Shown one piece after another: positions 40,612-53,408 of a DNA stretch of 64,000 bases. Below the pieces are notes generated by a model. It did no database searches, had not been told where the DNA came from, and was given only the letters and a program-made list of their open reading frames with translations. How positions within the stretch are numbered: position 1 is the stretch's first letter; every line of letters starts with the position of its first letter. Position numbers and translations under genes: made by a program. Source of the DNA: Epiperipatus broadwayi (Eukaryota > Animalia > Onychophora); the NCBI GenBank assembly GCA_028023455.1, contig JAQFVV010000003.1, positions 19,778,001 to 19,842,000 on the forward strand, read 5' to 3'.

Positions 40612-42352
40612 TAAGCAGTTTATAACTACTTTTTAAATTAATCAGTAAATTCAATTGTAGATGAAAATATCAATTCTCCATCTAAAAAATTATGGGTTAA
40701 AATATCTCTGCACCTGGCTTTCCATTATTTATGTGATTATCCAACTAAATGATAATACATTTTAGAATTAAAATCTATTAAGATTTAAGAAAGACTTGAT
40801 AATATTAAATCAAAAAAGAAACACTTTTTCTCTTCCTTTTTTTTTTTTTTTGAGATTAATCCCATTTATAACCTGAGTAAAAGTACAACAAATTCTTTCC
40901 TTAGTAAAATTCATCATTTACGCAAATCAGAAAATAAACAAATGCTCATATGCATTCAAGCACCATAAATGAATTTTGATCCAGGAACTATCAGATTTCA
41001 AATGTTATTCTACATTTGAACTAAACAGCACAAGGCTTTATCTTTACTCTTCAAACATATTTTTTATAATATTCATAAAGATGTGCTTAATCGACTTTTT
41101 CATTAATTTCAAATTTTCTCAATAATTTTTTTTCATTTACTCTCATTAATATTTCAATAAAACAAATCTCATTTTTGAAAATTATTTTTTCATTCTCCAA
41201 ATCCATTTTCTAAATCATACAAATCTTTGCTCTATATAAAGTTACATTCAAAAATAAGCATTTTTCTTATTTCTACTTTTAATGAACCAGAGCACTTGAT
41301 TAGTTCATTATAATTTTCTCTCTAATATCTTTCAGTATTCCCATTATCTGAACATTTTCTTAAATATTTAAAATGCTATTTAACTTGCTCTAAATTTACT
41401 ATCCCACTGTATCATTTAATCTTTTAATCACAATTATTATTTTTAATTTAGATGCATTTATTTTCATCCATAACTTTCTCAAAGACTAATGAATCAATTT
41501 TATTTAATATTTCATTATAGACATGAATAGTATCTGAAGCACTAACATGAAATAATGCAACAAATTTTACTATTTCCAATATCATCCTTATCAAAATAAT
41601 GTTTATTTGACAATTCATTTCAATAAATATTAAACAAAATAAGAGATATCAACATCCTTTATATCTCTCTTCTTTAAAACTAATCTTACAAAAATTTTTG
41701 ATAATAGTTTATAAAATTCCTATAAATCATCTCTCCTTCCAATCTATACTTTTTTCTTATTATATATATATATTTCAATTATAGTCCTCAGTAGTCTATT
41801 TACATTTCTTTTCTTCTAATCTTTTGAATTTCAAACTGCTCATTAGACTTTATTTTACTAAATATATATATATATTCCTACTCCCAATAATCTTTTGAAT
41901 GCAAGTAAGATTAAACATTATTCGAAAATTTTCACTGCATTAAGTTTTTTCTCTTAAAAAAAAAAAAAATCTTCTGAATGAAGATCTATTGATAACTGTT
42001 GAATCATACAAATTCCATTCGAAATACTGATTAACTCTCTCACCCCCCACCCCACCCCCATAGTTTAAGTAAATCAAATGGAATTTCATAATTTCTCTAT
42101 ACTTTTTCACATTTTATCTTAGTTACAGCTTTTACAATTATATCTTTCAAATAGTTATTGTTTTCATTTTCTATACACTTTTTCCATAAACTTGTCTCAT
42201 CTTTTCAAGACATCTAATATGTATACTAATTACTTTGCATTCTTTGCTCACTTCTTTAACTCTACCTTTTCCACTTAAGGCATTTTAGTTTACAATAAAT
42301 CAAATTTATTTTCCTTTGTAATTCTTCTAAATGAATATATTCATCTTCTAAC

Positions 42353-42861
42353 TAGGGTGACCAGACTGGTTCGATCAAAAATCGGGATATAACGACCAAT
42401 CATTTTTATGGCACTGCATCCTTTTTTATATAAAACTCTATTCCTGTGTATATTCATCGTTGTAAATACATTTCCTCTTTGGCATGTTATCAAGGGTTAA
42501 TAATAGTCCTATTAATTTTATCACTTTAAAAAATTAATATCAACAAATAACTAGTAAAACTACACTGTCAATCAAAGCAAGTGAAAGCGCAGTTCAAATT
42601 TTAGCCTACAAAAATCCAACTGCGTGTACTCCCAGGCGAGAATGCATCTAGTTTGAGAACCCGACCATATTACTGTAGAGACTGAAATGGACAGAGAGGG
42701 CCAAGAAACTATCATTTTTGCAATGAATTATTTATGTAAGACAAATAATAATTATGACTATTTGAAAATCAGGAAATACAACAGTCCCGAAAAGACATTT
42801 CGGGGACACTGGGATATCTAATCAGATAAATCCTGAAAAATCGGGACATCTGGTTACCCTG
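42353..42861. mobile_element. hAT (Blackjack/MER81-type termini) MITE
   Basis: TAGGGTGACCAGA…TCTGGTTACCCTG TIRs; perfect 8-bp TSD CTTCTAAC (42345-42352, 42862-42869); subterminal CGGGA/GTCCC repeats. Confidence 0.92.
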
Positions 42862-43528
42862 CTTCTAACCATATTTGTCAATTTTATCTGATCTAGTACC
42901 TTACTAAACTTTATATAAATAACTTTATATTCAACCATCATCTTTTTCTATTTTATTAATCATCTTATAGTTCATTCAAAACTTGTTAATATTCTTTTAT
43001 CCTTCACATATCCTACTGATTGTGCTCAATTTACTTTAACTTTTACTTCAATATTTCCTTTTTTTTTAAAAAAAAAAAAAATTATTTTATTATGGATCTT
43101 CTATTATTTGCATTTACTTTCTCATTCAACAAATTTGTGAAAATGTTTCCTTAATGTTGATCTTTAATTTAATACTGGCCTATAACTATTATATGTTTAA
43201 AATTTAGTTTCAATTTTATTATTAATGAATTACGATTTAAATCTAAGACAGATCCAGAGTGTGCCATGCATTCTTAATGCTGTTTCTAAACATATATTCT
43301 TAACCAATATAAATTCTAATTGAAATCTGTTCCTATCACCTTGATTATTCTATATATAAACCCTTTTCAAGTGAATTTTAAAATCTAATTGAATACAAGT
43401 ATAATTTATATACTTGGAGTTTTAAATGTAACTTATAAGGGATTTGAACACAGACTTTCAAGCTCTCTTAGTATTCGCTCTATCTCTTACAAACAATATA
43501 CATGATCACCCTCACATGAAAAAGGTAA

Positions 43529-43586
43529 ATGACCTCCAATAATGTATTTCATGCTGAACCAGCACTCATCGGTTGATTCAGATCAT
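43529..43586 (-). ncRNA. Family A hammerhead motif (U4>C)
   Basis: TCAA CCGATGA GTGCTG GTT CAGCAT GAAA TACAT TA TTGG AGGTCAT. Confidence 0.65.
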
Positions 43587-43989
43587 AATCTCACACACAT
43601 ATAATCAGTGCTCAGTTTATATTAATAGCAAATCTTCAAACTTTAATGGTCAGGCTTCAATCTACTCCTCTCTCCAACTCTTCAGCCATCCGTACCATTG
43701 AAAATCTGATGATAAAATGCCTAAACCCCTCGTTGTTGCCAATTTTATTACCATGCCTATGTTGACTTCACTCTGAGACTTTCTTGAATAGGACCTTATC
43801 CATTTAAATACACAGAAAAGGGATGGGCAGAATACAGGCTGAATCTGTAATATTTAATTGAATACAAGTATAATTTATATACTTGGAGTTTTAGATATAA
43901 ATTATAAGGGATTTGAACAGACTTTCAAGCTCCCTTTAGCTATTCGCTCTATCTCTTACAACCTGACCACACTCACATGAAAAAGATAA

Positions 43990-44048
43990 ATAACCTCCAA
44001 TATATGTATTTCAAGCTGAACCAGCGCTCATCAGTTGATTCAGATCAT
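43990..44048 (-). ncRNA. Family A hammerhead motif, core intact, stem II weakened
   Basis: TCAA CTGATGA GCGCTG GTT CAGCTT GAAA TACATA TA TTGG AGGTTAT. Confidence 0.7.
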
Positions 44049-44634
44049 CATCTCACACACATATAATCAGTGCTCAGTTTATATTAATAGCAAATCTTCA
44101 AACTTTAATGGTCAGGCTTCAATCTACTCTACCCTCCAACTCTTCAGCCATCCGTACCATTGAAAATATGATAATAAAATGCCCAAATCCCTTGTTGTTG
44201 CCAATTTTATTGTCATGCCTATGTTGACTTCACTGTGAGACTTTCTTGTATAAGACCTTATCCACTTAATTACACAGAAGAGGGATGGGCAGAATACAGG
44301 CTGCTGTAATATTTAATTGAATACAAGTATAATTGATATGCTTGGAGTTTTAGATGTAAATTATAAGGGATTTAAACATAGCCTTTCAAGCTCCTTTCAT
44401 TTATTTGCTCTATCTCATACAACTGATAAACATGACCACACACATGTGAAAAAAATGATCTCCAATATATTTCATGCTGAACCAACACCCATCAATTGAT
44501 CCAGGTCATCATCTCCCACACATATATATAATCAGTGCTCAGTTTATATTAAGATAGCAAATCTTCAAACTTTGGTGGCCAGGCTTCAATCTACTCTATC
44601 CTCCAAGATTTGATATACATATATGTGGGAAACG

Positions 44635-44693
44635 ATGATCTGGACCAACTGATGAGTGCTAGTTCAGCATGAAATACATGTATTGGAGATCAT
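44635..44693 (+). ncRNA. Family A type I hammerhead motif with intact core
   Basis: ATGATCT-GGA-CCAA CTGATGA GTGCT AGTTC AGCAT GAAA TACATG TA TTGG AGATCAT; predicted cleavage 3' of 44682. Confidence 0.82.
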
Positions 44694-45849
44694 ATATCTT
44701 TTTCACATGTGAGCTGTCACGTATATTAGTTGTATGTGATAGAACGAATAGCTGAATAAAACTTGAAAGCCTATGTTCAAATCCCTTATAAAAAACTCAT
44801 TATTACTAAGTTATTTTCTCTGTAAAAACTTATTAATCTTTGTCTCATAATCTTATCTTACGTGATTGAACATAATGCACTAATCCTTTAACAATATTAT
44901 ATAATCTTTTCAATGTCTCCATAAAATTTTTTAATCCTTCATCATTTTGTCCACCAGTTGCCAAGTATACCTACAAAATTATTAATCTTTCAGAATTACT
45001 TTTTCAATGTCAAGCTATTGTTTATTTGTTACTATATATATAATAACTTCTTCCTCTTGGTGCTAATGTTTACTTTTGGCTCCAGATCATGAATTTTCAC
45101 ACTATTTTTCTTTCTCATAATATGTTTATCTTGTTTCAGAGGCTTATAGTATTCCATGGCACAATGGTTTGTTAGGAAGTGAATCTTAAACTTTTTTCAG
45201 ACCATGAATAGATTTAGGATTTTTTTTCACGTAGTTAATTATAACCAATTCAACTAGTCACCCAATAATGATTAAAATATGAATATCCAGCTATTTTGCA
45301 TTACAGGATATTAAGATTCCAAGCTAATATGAGCTTGTCAGATGAAAGTAGAATAAGATATGACCTTCACTATTAGTGAGGAAACTATCCTACTCCTACA
45401 GGTTCTGAGTTTGTACCTCACTTGAAAATATTTAACTTTTTAAAATTTATTTCTAATAATTGATTCATCACAAAAAAAAAAAAAGATGATGGCTTATTCT
45501 AGTCCTTTTTTTTTCCACATTGATAAGTCAAATTTGAGCACATTAGAATAATTGTTAATTACAATCTGTCTATACACATTATTTTATATTACTTGAAATT
45601 CATAATCAAGTAATAGGAAAGGGATGGTGCAATCTTTTTATTAAAGAAATCACTTTCTGTTTGCCCTTTATAAAATATTATTATTAGCACCTTTTCATTA
45701 AATGCAATAAATTGTTAAGTCTATATGCATAATCACTACTATAATAACCTTCATTCTCAAACACAATGATGTTCAGATTATAATTCTTCTCTGATAAATA
45801 ATGTTCATCTTCTACATTGCAATAAAGAGGCCACTACAATTAATCACCT

Positions 45850-46760
45850 AACAAAGGATAAGTGTGTCATTAACCTAGCCCTTTTCCAAACCCTTACATT
45901 CTTTCCTAAGTCATCTATTATTCTATCTTCCTTTACATCATTCTCTATAGTTGTAACATATCTTTCATAATTTTTCTACTTCTAAATATATGTGCACTTA
46001 TTCTTTTCAATACCTCTATACTTTTAACCAAATCCTTCTAAATTTACTGTTTCATTCTCCTCCAAATCCACATTTATAGAACACCCAATATTTTCTTCTT
46101 TATAAAACAAAGGCAGTTTTTTGTCATGTTAGTATTTTCTTCTTTCTTTTTTCTATATCAATTAAATCTCTATTTAAAATAGAACTCACTTTAAAAATGC
46201 TCAACAAATCCTAAACTTTATTAAAATCTGTTTAATCATTTTCAGACTAATTTTTTTTATTGCTACTTCTAAAATCAGACATCTGACTTTCCAAATACTT
46301 AAAAGTGCAAATCTCTTACTCTCTCTGTCCATTTATTTTCTCCATTTATTTTCATTACTTTAATCTGGATTACTTAATTCCATTCACAACTTTTTACAAA
46401 TTTTATTTATTCAACTTAATAGCTAATATGTAAGTTCATTATAGGCATATTTTACTATATCATCAGAAAATTTGATATAACCCTCTTGCAAATGCTAAAT
46501 TCATTCATATCATCAAAACAACATTTATATATCAAATTTTCTACATAATGAGACAGATGTCAATATTTAAATTTATACTTTTCAGAATATCTGATTCTTA
46601 TCATCAATATCAATAATTTCTGACTAGAGTCTACTTTTCCTAAAACCATATTATTATTCATCTAATGAGAACATATCAAATCTATCACAAATCTGTTTAC
46701 TTTTCCTAGATCATACATTTCAACAATTTTCCATTCTTTATCAGGCATAATCTCATTTAT
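45850..46760 (-). mobile_element. Decayed RTE-like 3' fragment
   Basis: Composition and weak RT C-terminal traces resembling the other RTE remnants; no intact motif. Confidence 0.3.
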
Positions 46761-47559
46761 TGCATTATAATAGTCAAACCTTTATGGACAAATAGGATTA
46801 GAATAGAAAAAAATAAAGTACATATATATATTAAAAAAATAATCTTTTAAAGAGTAGGTATACAAACTGTTGAGTCTTTATTTGAATCTGTGCACCAATT
46901 AATAGTAGTGCAAAAATAGAGCACTAAATGGTAAAATAACTGAAAATAAACATATTGGAATAGTATAAAGAAATACTGAAGAACAATTTTTTACAGGAAT
47001 TAATGTTAGTAAAGGATCATCTTCTTGTAGGGAGTTTATTTGCAATAACAACTACATACAAAAATTTTAGCTATTATGCCAGCGATTTTCTCTTTGTACA
47101 TTATCAATGAGATATTTACTGTACTATCAGCTAATGAATATTAGCTATCTGTAAGATGTAAATTTGTTTCAAAATATATCCAGGTAATTTTGCCTTTTTT
47201 CTGATTAGAACTAAAATGTCTAACTAATAATTGCTTATTAATAACAATGACATCTTATAACTTTATTTTCTTATCTATTACATTATGTTTCATTTAACAC
47301 TGATGAAAGCTATTGATACTGTCATCAAATTTCTTATCTATTTTTCTTAAGTTATACTTCAACATTAATTAATAATGTATTTCTTGCTTCAATTATTATT
47401 TCACTCCACAAATTTAACTTTCCATTCAAATTGTTTTATTCCAATACATGTTAATCAAATCAATCTATTGTTAAAAGACTTATGAACAAAGCTAATATTT
47501 TAAAGCTTCTAGTTTAGATTGCAAAGGGCATGATATGAAAGCTGTTGGAACACAGACAT

Positions 47560-48130
47560 AGAAACTAGAAAACGAATAAGTGGAACAATGTCATATGGAT
47601 GGAGAAATTATAGTTTACACTTTATAATCAGTGGAAAATTTTATTTCTGATAAAGATTGGAAAATTTTATTTCTGATAAAGATTAAAAGAAACCTTTATT
47701 AAATAGGTTGCTGGAAATGCTGCCAATATGGGCAAAAATATTATGGAATTTCTTTGATCCAATTATAATTCTGCAATAATCTATCATAGGTGCAAACTAT
47801 TTGAATATTTTAAAAAAATCACATTCAAAATATTTCCAAATAAGATTATTGTCTTCCAAAATGATGATGTTTAAATTCTTATATTCTCAAATAACCAACA
47901 TTGGTTTGAGAAACATGAGTATGATGTTATTCATCTACTATAATTTCCTTAAATATCTGATCTAAATATTATTGAAACTCCATGAGTCACTTAAATAATG
48001 AATGAGAAGTTAATATTTTTAACCATCACCTCTCAGGGAACACATGAAGCATAAAAAATGGCGTAATATTCCTTTAGAATACTATTCAAATGTTCTATTA
48101 ATTCTATAAAATGCACTCCTCTCTTTTGCA
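47560..48130 (+). pseudogene. Tc1-like transposase remnant
   Basis: FQNDD…QHWFEKHE…SDLNIIE…WRNIPLE traces (cf. FQxDNA…WF…SPDLNxIExxW). Confidence 0.65.
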
Positions 48131-48756
48131 CTTTTTAAACCAATTTTTATTTTATATTTCAGCTAACTTGCAGCCTTTATCAGACATATTAGTTTTATTA
48201 ATTCCATACCAAATAAAATACAAGAAGTTCTCGACAAAATGATGGCCTAAAACTTACTATAAAAGTATCACAAATATTATCACCACTATTTATTCAAATC
48301 TTCATATACTAATTATTTGAAAGAGTAAATGTTATTATTTCATTTAATGTTTTGAAAATATAAAAGTTAGAAATCTATAAGAGAATTTTATTTGAAACTG
48401 GATTTCACAGCAAAGTAGGGCTGCAGCTTTGTCTAATATTTACTAGAGATGGAATTAGCACGCACACACACACAAGAAAATCCACTGCATTAAACTAGCC
48501 AATGATATAGTAGTGCTTGAAGAAAATGACAAATAAGAATTGATAATATTTCTAAAGTTTTGAGATGGAAATTATTGTGAGGACAATTAAATAAATTAAG
48601 ATAAATTGGTAAGATTTAAACATTGAGAGTAATGACAGAAATTCATAAAGCAATCTAGTGTTAATTGATTAAAATAATTTATGATGATGACGATGATAAT
48701 AAATAATTAATAATAATAATAAATATTTCATAATAATAATAACAATAACAACAACC

Positions 48757-50195
48757 CTGGTACTGGTTATTGGGCTGAACTAATAAAACCACTATTGAGC
48801 ATGGATAAACTTACCTTCTGTCCTCCTACAGATAAGTACAAATATTGGAAAACATATCTATTAATAAACCAACCAACACTTAATAGTCAAAGCAAACCCA
48901 TTTTGGCTCTAAACAATCGCCAACTTGTTAGAAGATTTAGATTCTGGAAGCTTGAGCCAAAATATTTTGATTTTCTAATAAAGCTTTAATTTAGGATCAT
49001 TACCAACACTTTATTTTTATAAATATAGAAGAAATTGTATTAATATAGATGCTTTTTGCCCCCTTTGTAAAAAATATTTTGAAAATCAAGAACATATATT
49101 CTATGATTGTCAGTGTTATGATAATATACGCATTGCTCTTCCCAACCTATTTAACAATTCTTTATTTAATATTGCATATCTTTTTAAAACTTTCTCAACA
49201 GGAATTTTTGCTAGAATTAGAGCTAGTACATTCATCTTGTATGCTTTATGGTGCACTAGATGCATTTTTATATATAACAATAATCCCAGAAGACATCCTA
49301 ATACATTTTGGATTAAGCTGGAGATTTTTAGGGAAAGAGACAGAAAGCTTGCCCCCTTTAACATTTTTCATGATACCTGGTCCTTAATGCGTCAACAACT
49401 GAGACAGTGCTAAGGTGATATTACCTAGTTACTACAAAAGCGTTATCATTTATGTATGTATATAATCTTAAAAGCCTTTTGAAAAAAGAAAAATTTTGAA
49501 TTAGATACTAAAGAACTATATAACATTATGTAACCTGTATTAAATTGTTACCACATTTTTGCTCTTTTAATATATGAAATCAAAATTAATTATGTAACCT
49601 GTATATACTACCTAATCAGTTATATGTAACCATATCGATTGTAAAAGTATTAAGTAACCTATGATCTTTGTAAAAATGCAACTATGTAATCTGATCTCTC
49701 TTTTAATATTTGTAATCATAATCAATTTTTATATGTGTCCATATGGATGTAATCTTTTGATGCAACCTATAATCTTTGTAATTGCTACAAAAGCCTTTTC
49801 ATTTATTATGTAGATAATATTGAATGCCTATGGAAAAAAAAAAAGAATTAGATACTGAAAAACTATATTACATATGTAATCTGTATTGATTTATATGACC
49901 TTTTTTTTTTCTTAATATACATAATCACAACTAATTTTTATGTAACCTTGTATATACTTCCAAATCGGTTATATATAACCATATTGATGTATATGTATGT
50001 TGTAACCTATGATCTTTGTAAATGTGTAACCATGTAATTTTTTTTTTCTTTGAACACATGTAATCATAATTATTATTTTTACCTTGTATATACTCCCTCA
50101 TGAATAATATGTAACCATATTGATGTAAACTTATGTTGTAACGTATGATCTTGTAAATATGTAACTTTTGGAAATCAATAAAGTTCCTTTGAAAC
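48757..50195 (+). mobile_element. L1/Tx1-like LINE 3' fragment with tandemly duplicated 3' UTR
   Basis: KLEPKYFDFLIKL; CPLCKKYFENQEHIFYDC (CX2CX8HX4C, 49057-49110); LWCTRC; ~347-bp UTR duplication (ATTAGATACT near 49500 and 49847); ends AATAAAGTTCCTTTGAAAC before a trinucleotide tract. Confidence 0.7.
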
Positions 50196-50242
50196 GTAGC
50201 AGTAGCAGTAGTAATAGTAGTAGTAGTAATAATAATAATTAC

Positions 50243-50860
50243 TCAAGGAATATAAAAAAAGGGCTCTAGAGCCCAAATACTTTGATTTTATCATGAAAAT
50301 CAATCTCATTGCCTTGCCAACAACCCACTTTCTTTATCATAAAAGAATGTATATATCTATTGACCCCTTCTGTGGACTCTGCTATCGAGCAGAAGAGACA
50401 CTGGACCACTTTATTTATCAATGTGTAGCACTTAACCAAACACGACAGATGATGTGTAACACCTACAGAAAACCGGGTACAATCATTAATCACATAATAG
50501 CTGCTTTTCAGTGAAGATCAATACCTAGCATTAGGGCAGCCACATTTGTTCTATATGCGTACTGGTGCACCTGATGTACTTTCTTAATTGGCAATAACAC
50601 CAGACGACACCCAGCTACATTTAGCAACAAACTGCTACATATTCGAAATAGAGATAAAATAATAACCAACTCCCACTTATATGCAGCAACATGGTCATTG
50701 TTAAAACAACCATCAATGCTGTGAATGCTGCAAAGAAAACTATCATACAACTAACATTCAAAGTGACATGCGGACAAAACTAAATAAGCTCCTCAAACTT
50801 TAGAACTCTGATTATTTTTGCTTTTTTACTTTTTATATTGTTATAAAGCCTTTATGTAGT
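50243..50860 (+). mobile_element. Second L1/Tx1-like 3' fragment, related family
   Basis: LEPKYFDFIMKINL; CGLCYRAEETLDHFIYQC (50371-50424); YWCT*C. Confidence 0.7.
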
Positions 50861-50861
50861 G

Positions 50862-51028
50862 GCAGCAACAACAACAAGAAGAAGAAGGAGGAGGAGGAGG
50901 AAGAGGAAGAAGGAGGAGGAAGAGGAAGAAGAAGGAGGAGGAGGAGGAGAAGAAGAAGAAGAAGGAGGAAGAAGAAGGAGGAGGAAGGATGATGATGATG
51001 ATGATAATAATAATAATAATAATAATAA
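50862..51028. repeat. Compound trinucleotide microsatellite (CAG/CAA/GAA/GGA/GAT/TAA)
   Basis: Direct reading of the sequence. Confidence 0.95.
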
Positions 51029-51402
51029 TTTAATTTAATTTAATTTATTAAACATATAATCTCCTTGTGATAAATAAATCATGCATGGAGCTTAACAAAA
51101 AAACATGTGCAAATAAAATAAAAAACATTAATATACAATAAAATAATTAAATAGAAATAAAAAGTTTTTGATTATCATCAATTATAATCCAGTTCATAAT
51201 GAATTTTCTCAAAGTTTTCCTTGATAGGTCATTAACATTAAATCCAATGTTTCTTATAAAAATATTATAAAATCTTGGACCAAGATAACATTTCTGATAT
51301 CTGCAATGAGTTTTAAAGTACACTGGTTCAAATAATAAGTCAAAATCACTTGATCTAGTCACCATTATTGATGAAGAATTATTTTTATTCATTTTTTTGT
51401 AT

Positions 51403-53289
51403 TTAAATATAATAACACAAAATATTCACTAAAAATAATTGATGAATAGTTAAAACTCCAGCACACTTAAATAATTCAAGTCTTGGCAAATCCAAAGGTT
51501 TAAACAAAATAATTCTTAACGTAAAATTTTGTAGTGTTTGCAACGACTTCAAAAAATATGCTGCAGTGCCACCCCATAATGTTATTCCATAACAAAGTCT
51601 GCTTAAGAAAATTTGTTTATATATACTTAATAGGACAGATTTATTCAAACAATCTCTTAATCTATAAAAAAGAAAATTAAGTTTTCTTAATTTTACTTGA
51701 AGCCAAAGAATATGTTTATCCCAATGTACATACTCATCCAAAACCAAGCCAAGGTAAGAAATTGTTGAAGTCCTGGTAATTTTCTGACAAGACGTTTTAT
51801 TAACATAAGGCAATTGAATTAACAAGTCTTTTGTTGGAATATTTTTAAGAGAATACATTATGTAATTACATTTATTAATATTTAGCAGTAATCTATTATT
51901 GTTCATCCATTGTGTAATTTTAAATAAATCTTCATTCACAAGTTTCTCAAGTAAACTATATGAAACTGATGAAGTAACCAAAGCAGTATCATCTGCAAAA
52001 CAAAAAATGTTAGAATGAAGAGAAAGATCAAGCAGATCATTAATATAAACAGTAAATAACAATGGACCCAGGACTGAACCTTGAGGAACTCCATATCTAA
52101 TTATTTCAGAATCACTCAAAAAATTATTAATTTTCACAAATTGGCTTCTATTACTTAAATAAGATTTAAACCATTCAAGCATAGTACTCCTTATGCCACA
52201 ATGGTGTAACTTAATTATTAATATATCATGTGGAACACAGTCAAATGCTTTCCGCAAATCTAAATAAATGCCTATAGTTTTGTAACCTTTTTCTAAAGAT
52301 TCAGTGATGACTGAAACATGTTCAGATAAAGCCAGTTCTGTAGATCTTCCTGGCAAAAACCCAAATTGATTGATGGAAAATAAATTATATTTTTGAAAAA
52401 ACAAAACAATTCTGTTTTTTACACACATTTCCAAAATTTGAGACAATGTTGATAAAATAGAAATTGGCCTGTAGTTTTCCAAACATTCCCTATTTCCACT
52501 CTTAAAAATAGGTGTAACAACAGCAGATTTTAAACAATCTGGAAATATACCTGAATCAATAGAAGAATTAAATAAAAAAGATAAAATTGGTAAAAGAATG
52601 AAAACATTTTCAATTAATATTTTTACAGAAATACAATCCAAACCAATACATTTCTTATGTCTCATTTTATAAAGAGAATCTAAAATTTCACAATCTTCAA
52701 TCTCTTTAAAAACAAAAAAATTCAGGATAGATTTCTCATATTGAAAAACATGAGAACTGCAATTATTGTCAAAACTATTCATTAACAATTCCACACTATG
52801 TACAAAATATTGATTGAAATGATCAGCTATTAGTTTTGAATTATTTAAAACATCAATAGATATTTCATTAATCTTTAGTCTAGAAATTTGTGAAAATCCT
52901 TCTTTAAAAATAAATTTTTTAACAACAGTCCAAAAGTTGCTTAATTTAGTTGATTTTAAAGAATCAATTTGAGTAGAATAGAAAATCAATTTAGCTTTGA
53001 CTATATCTTTCTTTATTTCTTTATCAGGAACCTTTAGCTGAACTTTAAATTCTTCATTAGCAGGAAACCTTTTGAAAAGCTTGTACACTTTATTCTTTCT
53101 GTTAACTTTTGATATTAACTCATTTGTAATCCAATCATGTCTCTTCAGATCTTTCTTCTTTATATATTTAATAAAAGAACAATAATCTATAAACTCCTTC
53201 ATCTTGTCAACAAAGAATGAAAATGCACAATTTACATCATTCAACTCAAAGATTAAATTCCAATCATATTTAGTAATTAAGGATTGCAA
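51403..53289 (-). pseudogene. CR1 ORF2 reverse-transcriptase portion (628 aa open)
   Basis: NYRPISILS, NQFGF, LDLRKAFD, GVPQGSVLGPLLF, FADDT, YLGLVLD; C-terminus continues after a frameshift in 51147-51392. Confidence 0.93.
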
Positions 53290-53300
53290 ACGATCATGAG

Positions 53301-53408
53301 ATAAAAGTTTAAATCACTTTTTACTATGAGAAAAATTCTTTTTAAAAGTAACAAATAAAAGTTTAAATCACTTTTTACTATGAGAAAAATTCTTTTTAAA
53401 AGTAACAA
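53301..53408. repeat. 54-bp tandem duplication in the CR1 APE-RT linker
   Basis: ATAAAAGTTTAAATCACTTTTTACTATGAGAAAAATTCTTTTTAAAAGTAACAA at 53301-53354 and 53355-53408. Confidence 0.95.

Larger units (their letters stand above)
43387..44781. mobile_element. Family A array: two full ~460-470-bp monomers plus a partial one (minus), then a short inverted arm (plus)
   Basis: GAATACAAGTATAATT at 43391, 43860, 44319 (periods 469, 459); hammerhead motifs at 43529-43586, 43990-44048, ~44456-44510 (-) and 44635-44693 (+). Confidence 0.9.
40850..45250 (-). mobile_element. Highly decayed RTE-like LINE, interrupted by a hAT MITE and the family A array
   Basis: Scattered minus-strand RT-like traces (remnants of QGCxLSPILFNIF, YGMKINA, FKYL, YGAECW). 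Boundaries approximate. Confidence 0.45.
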
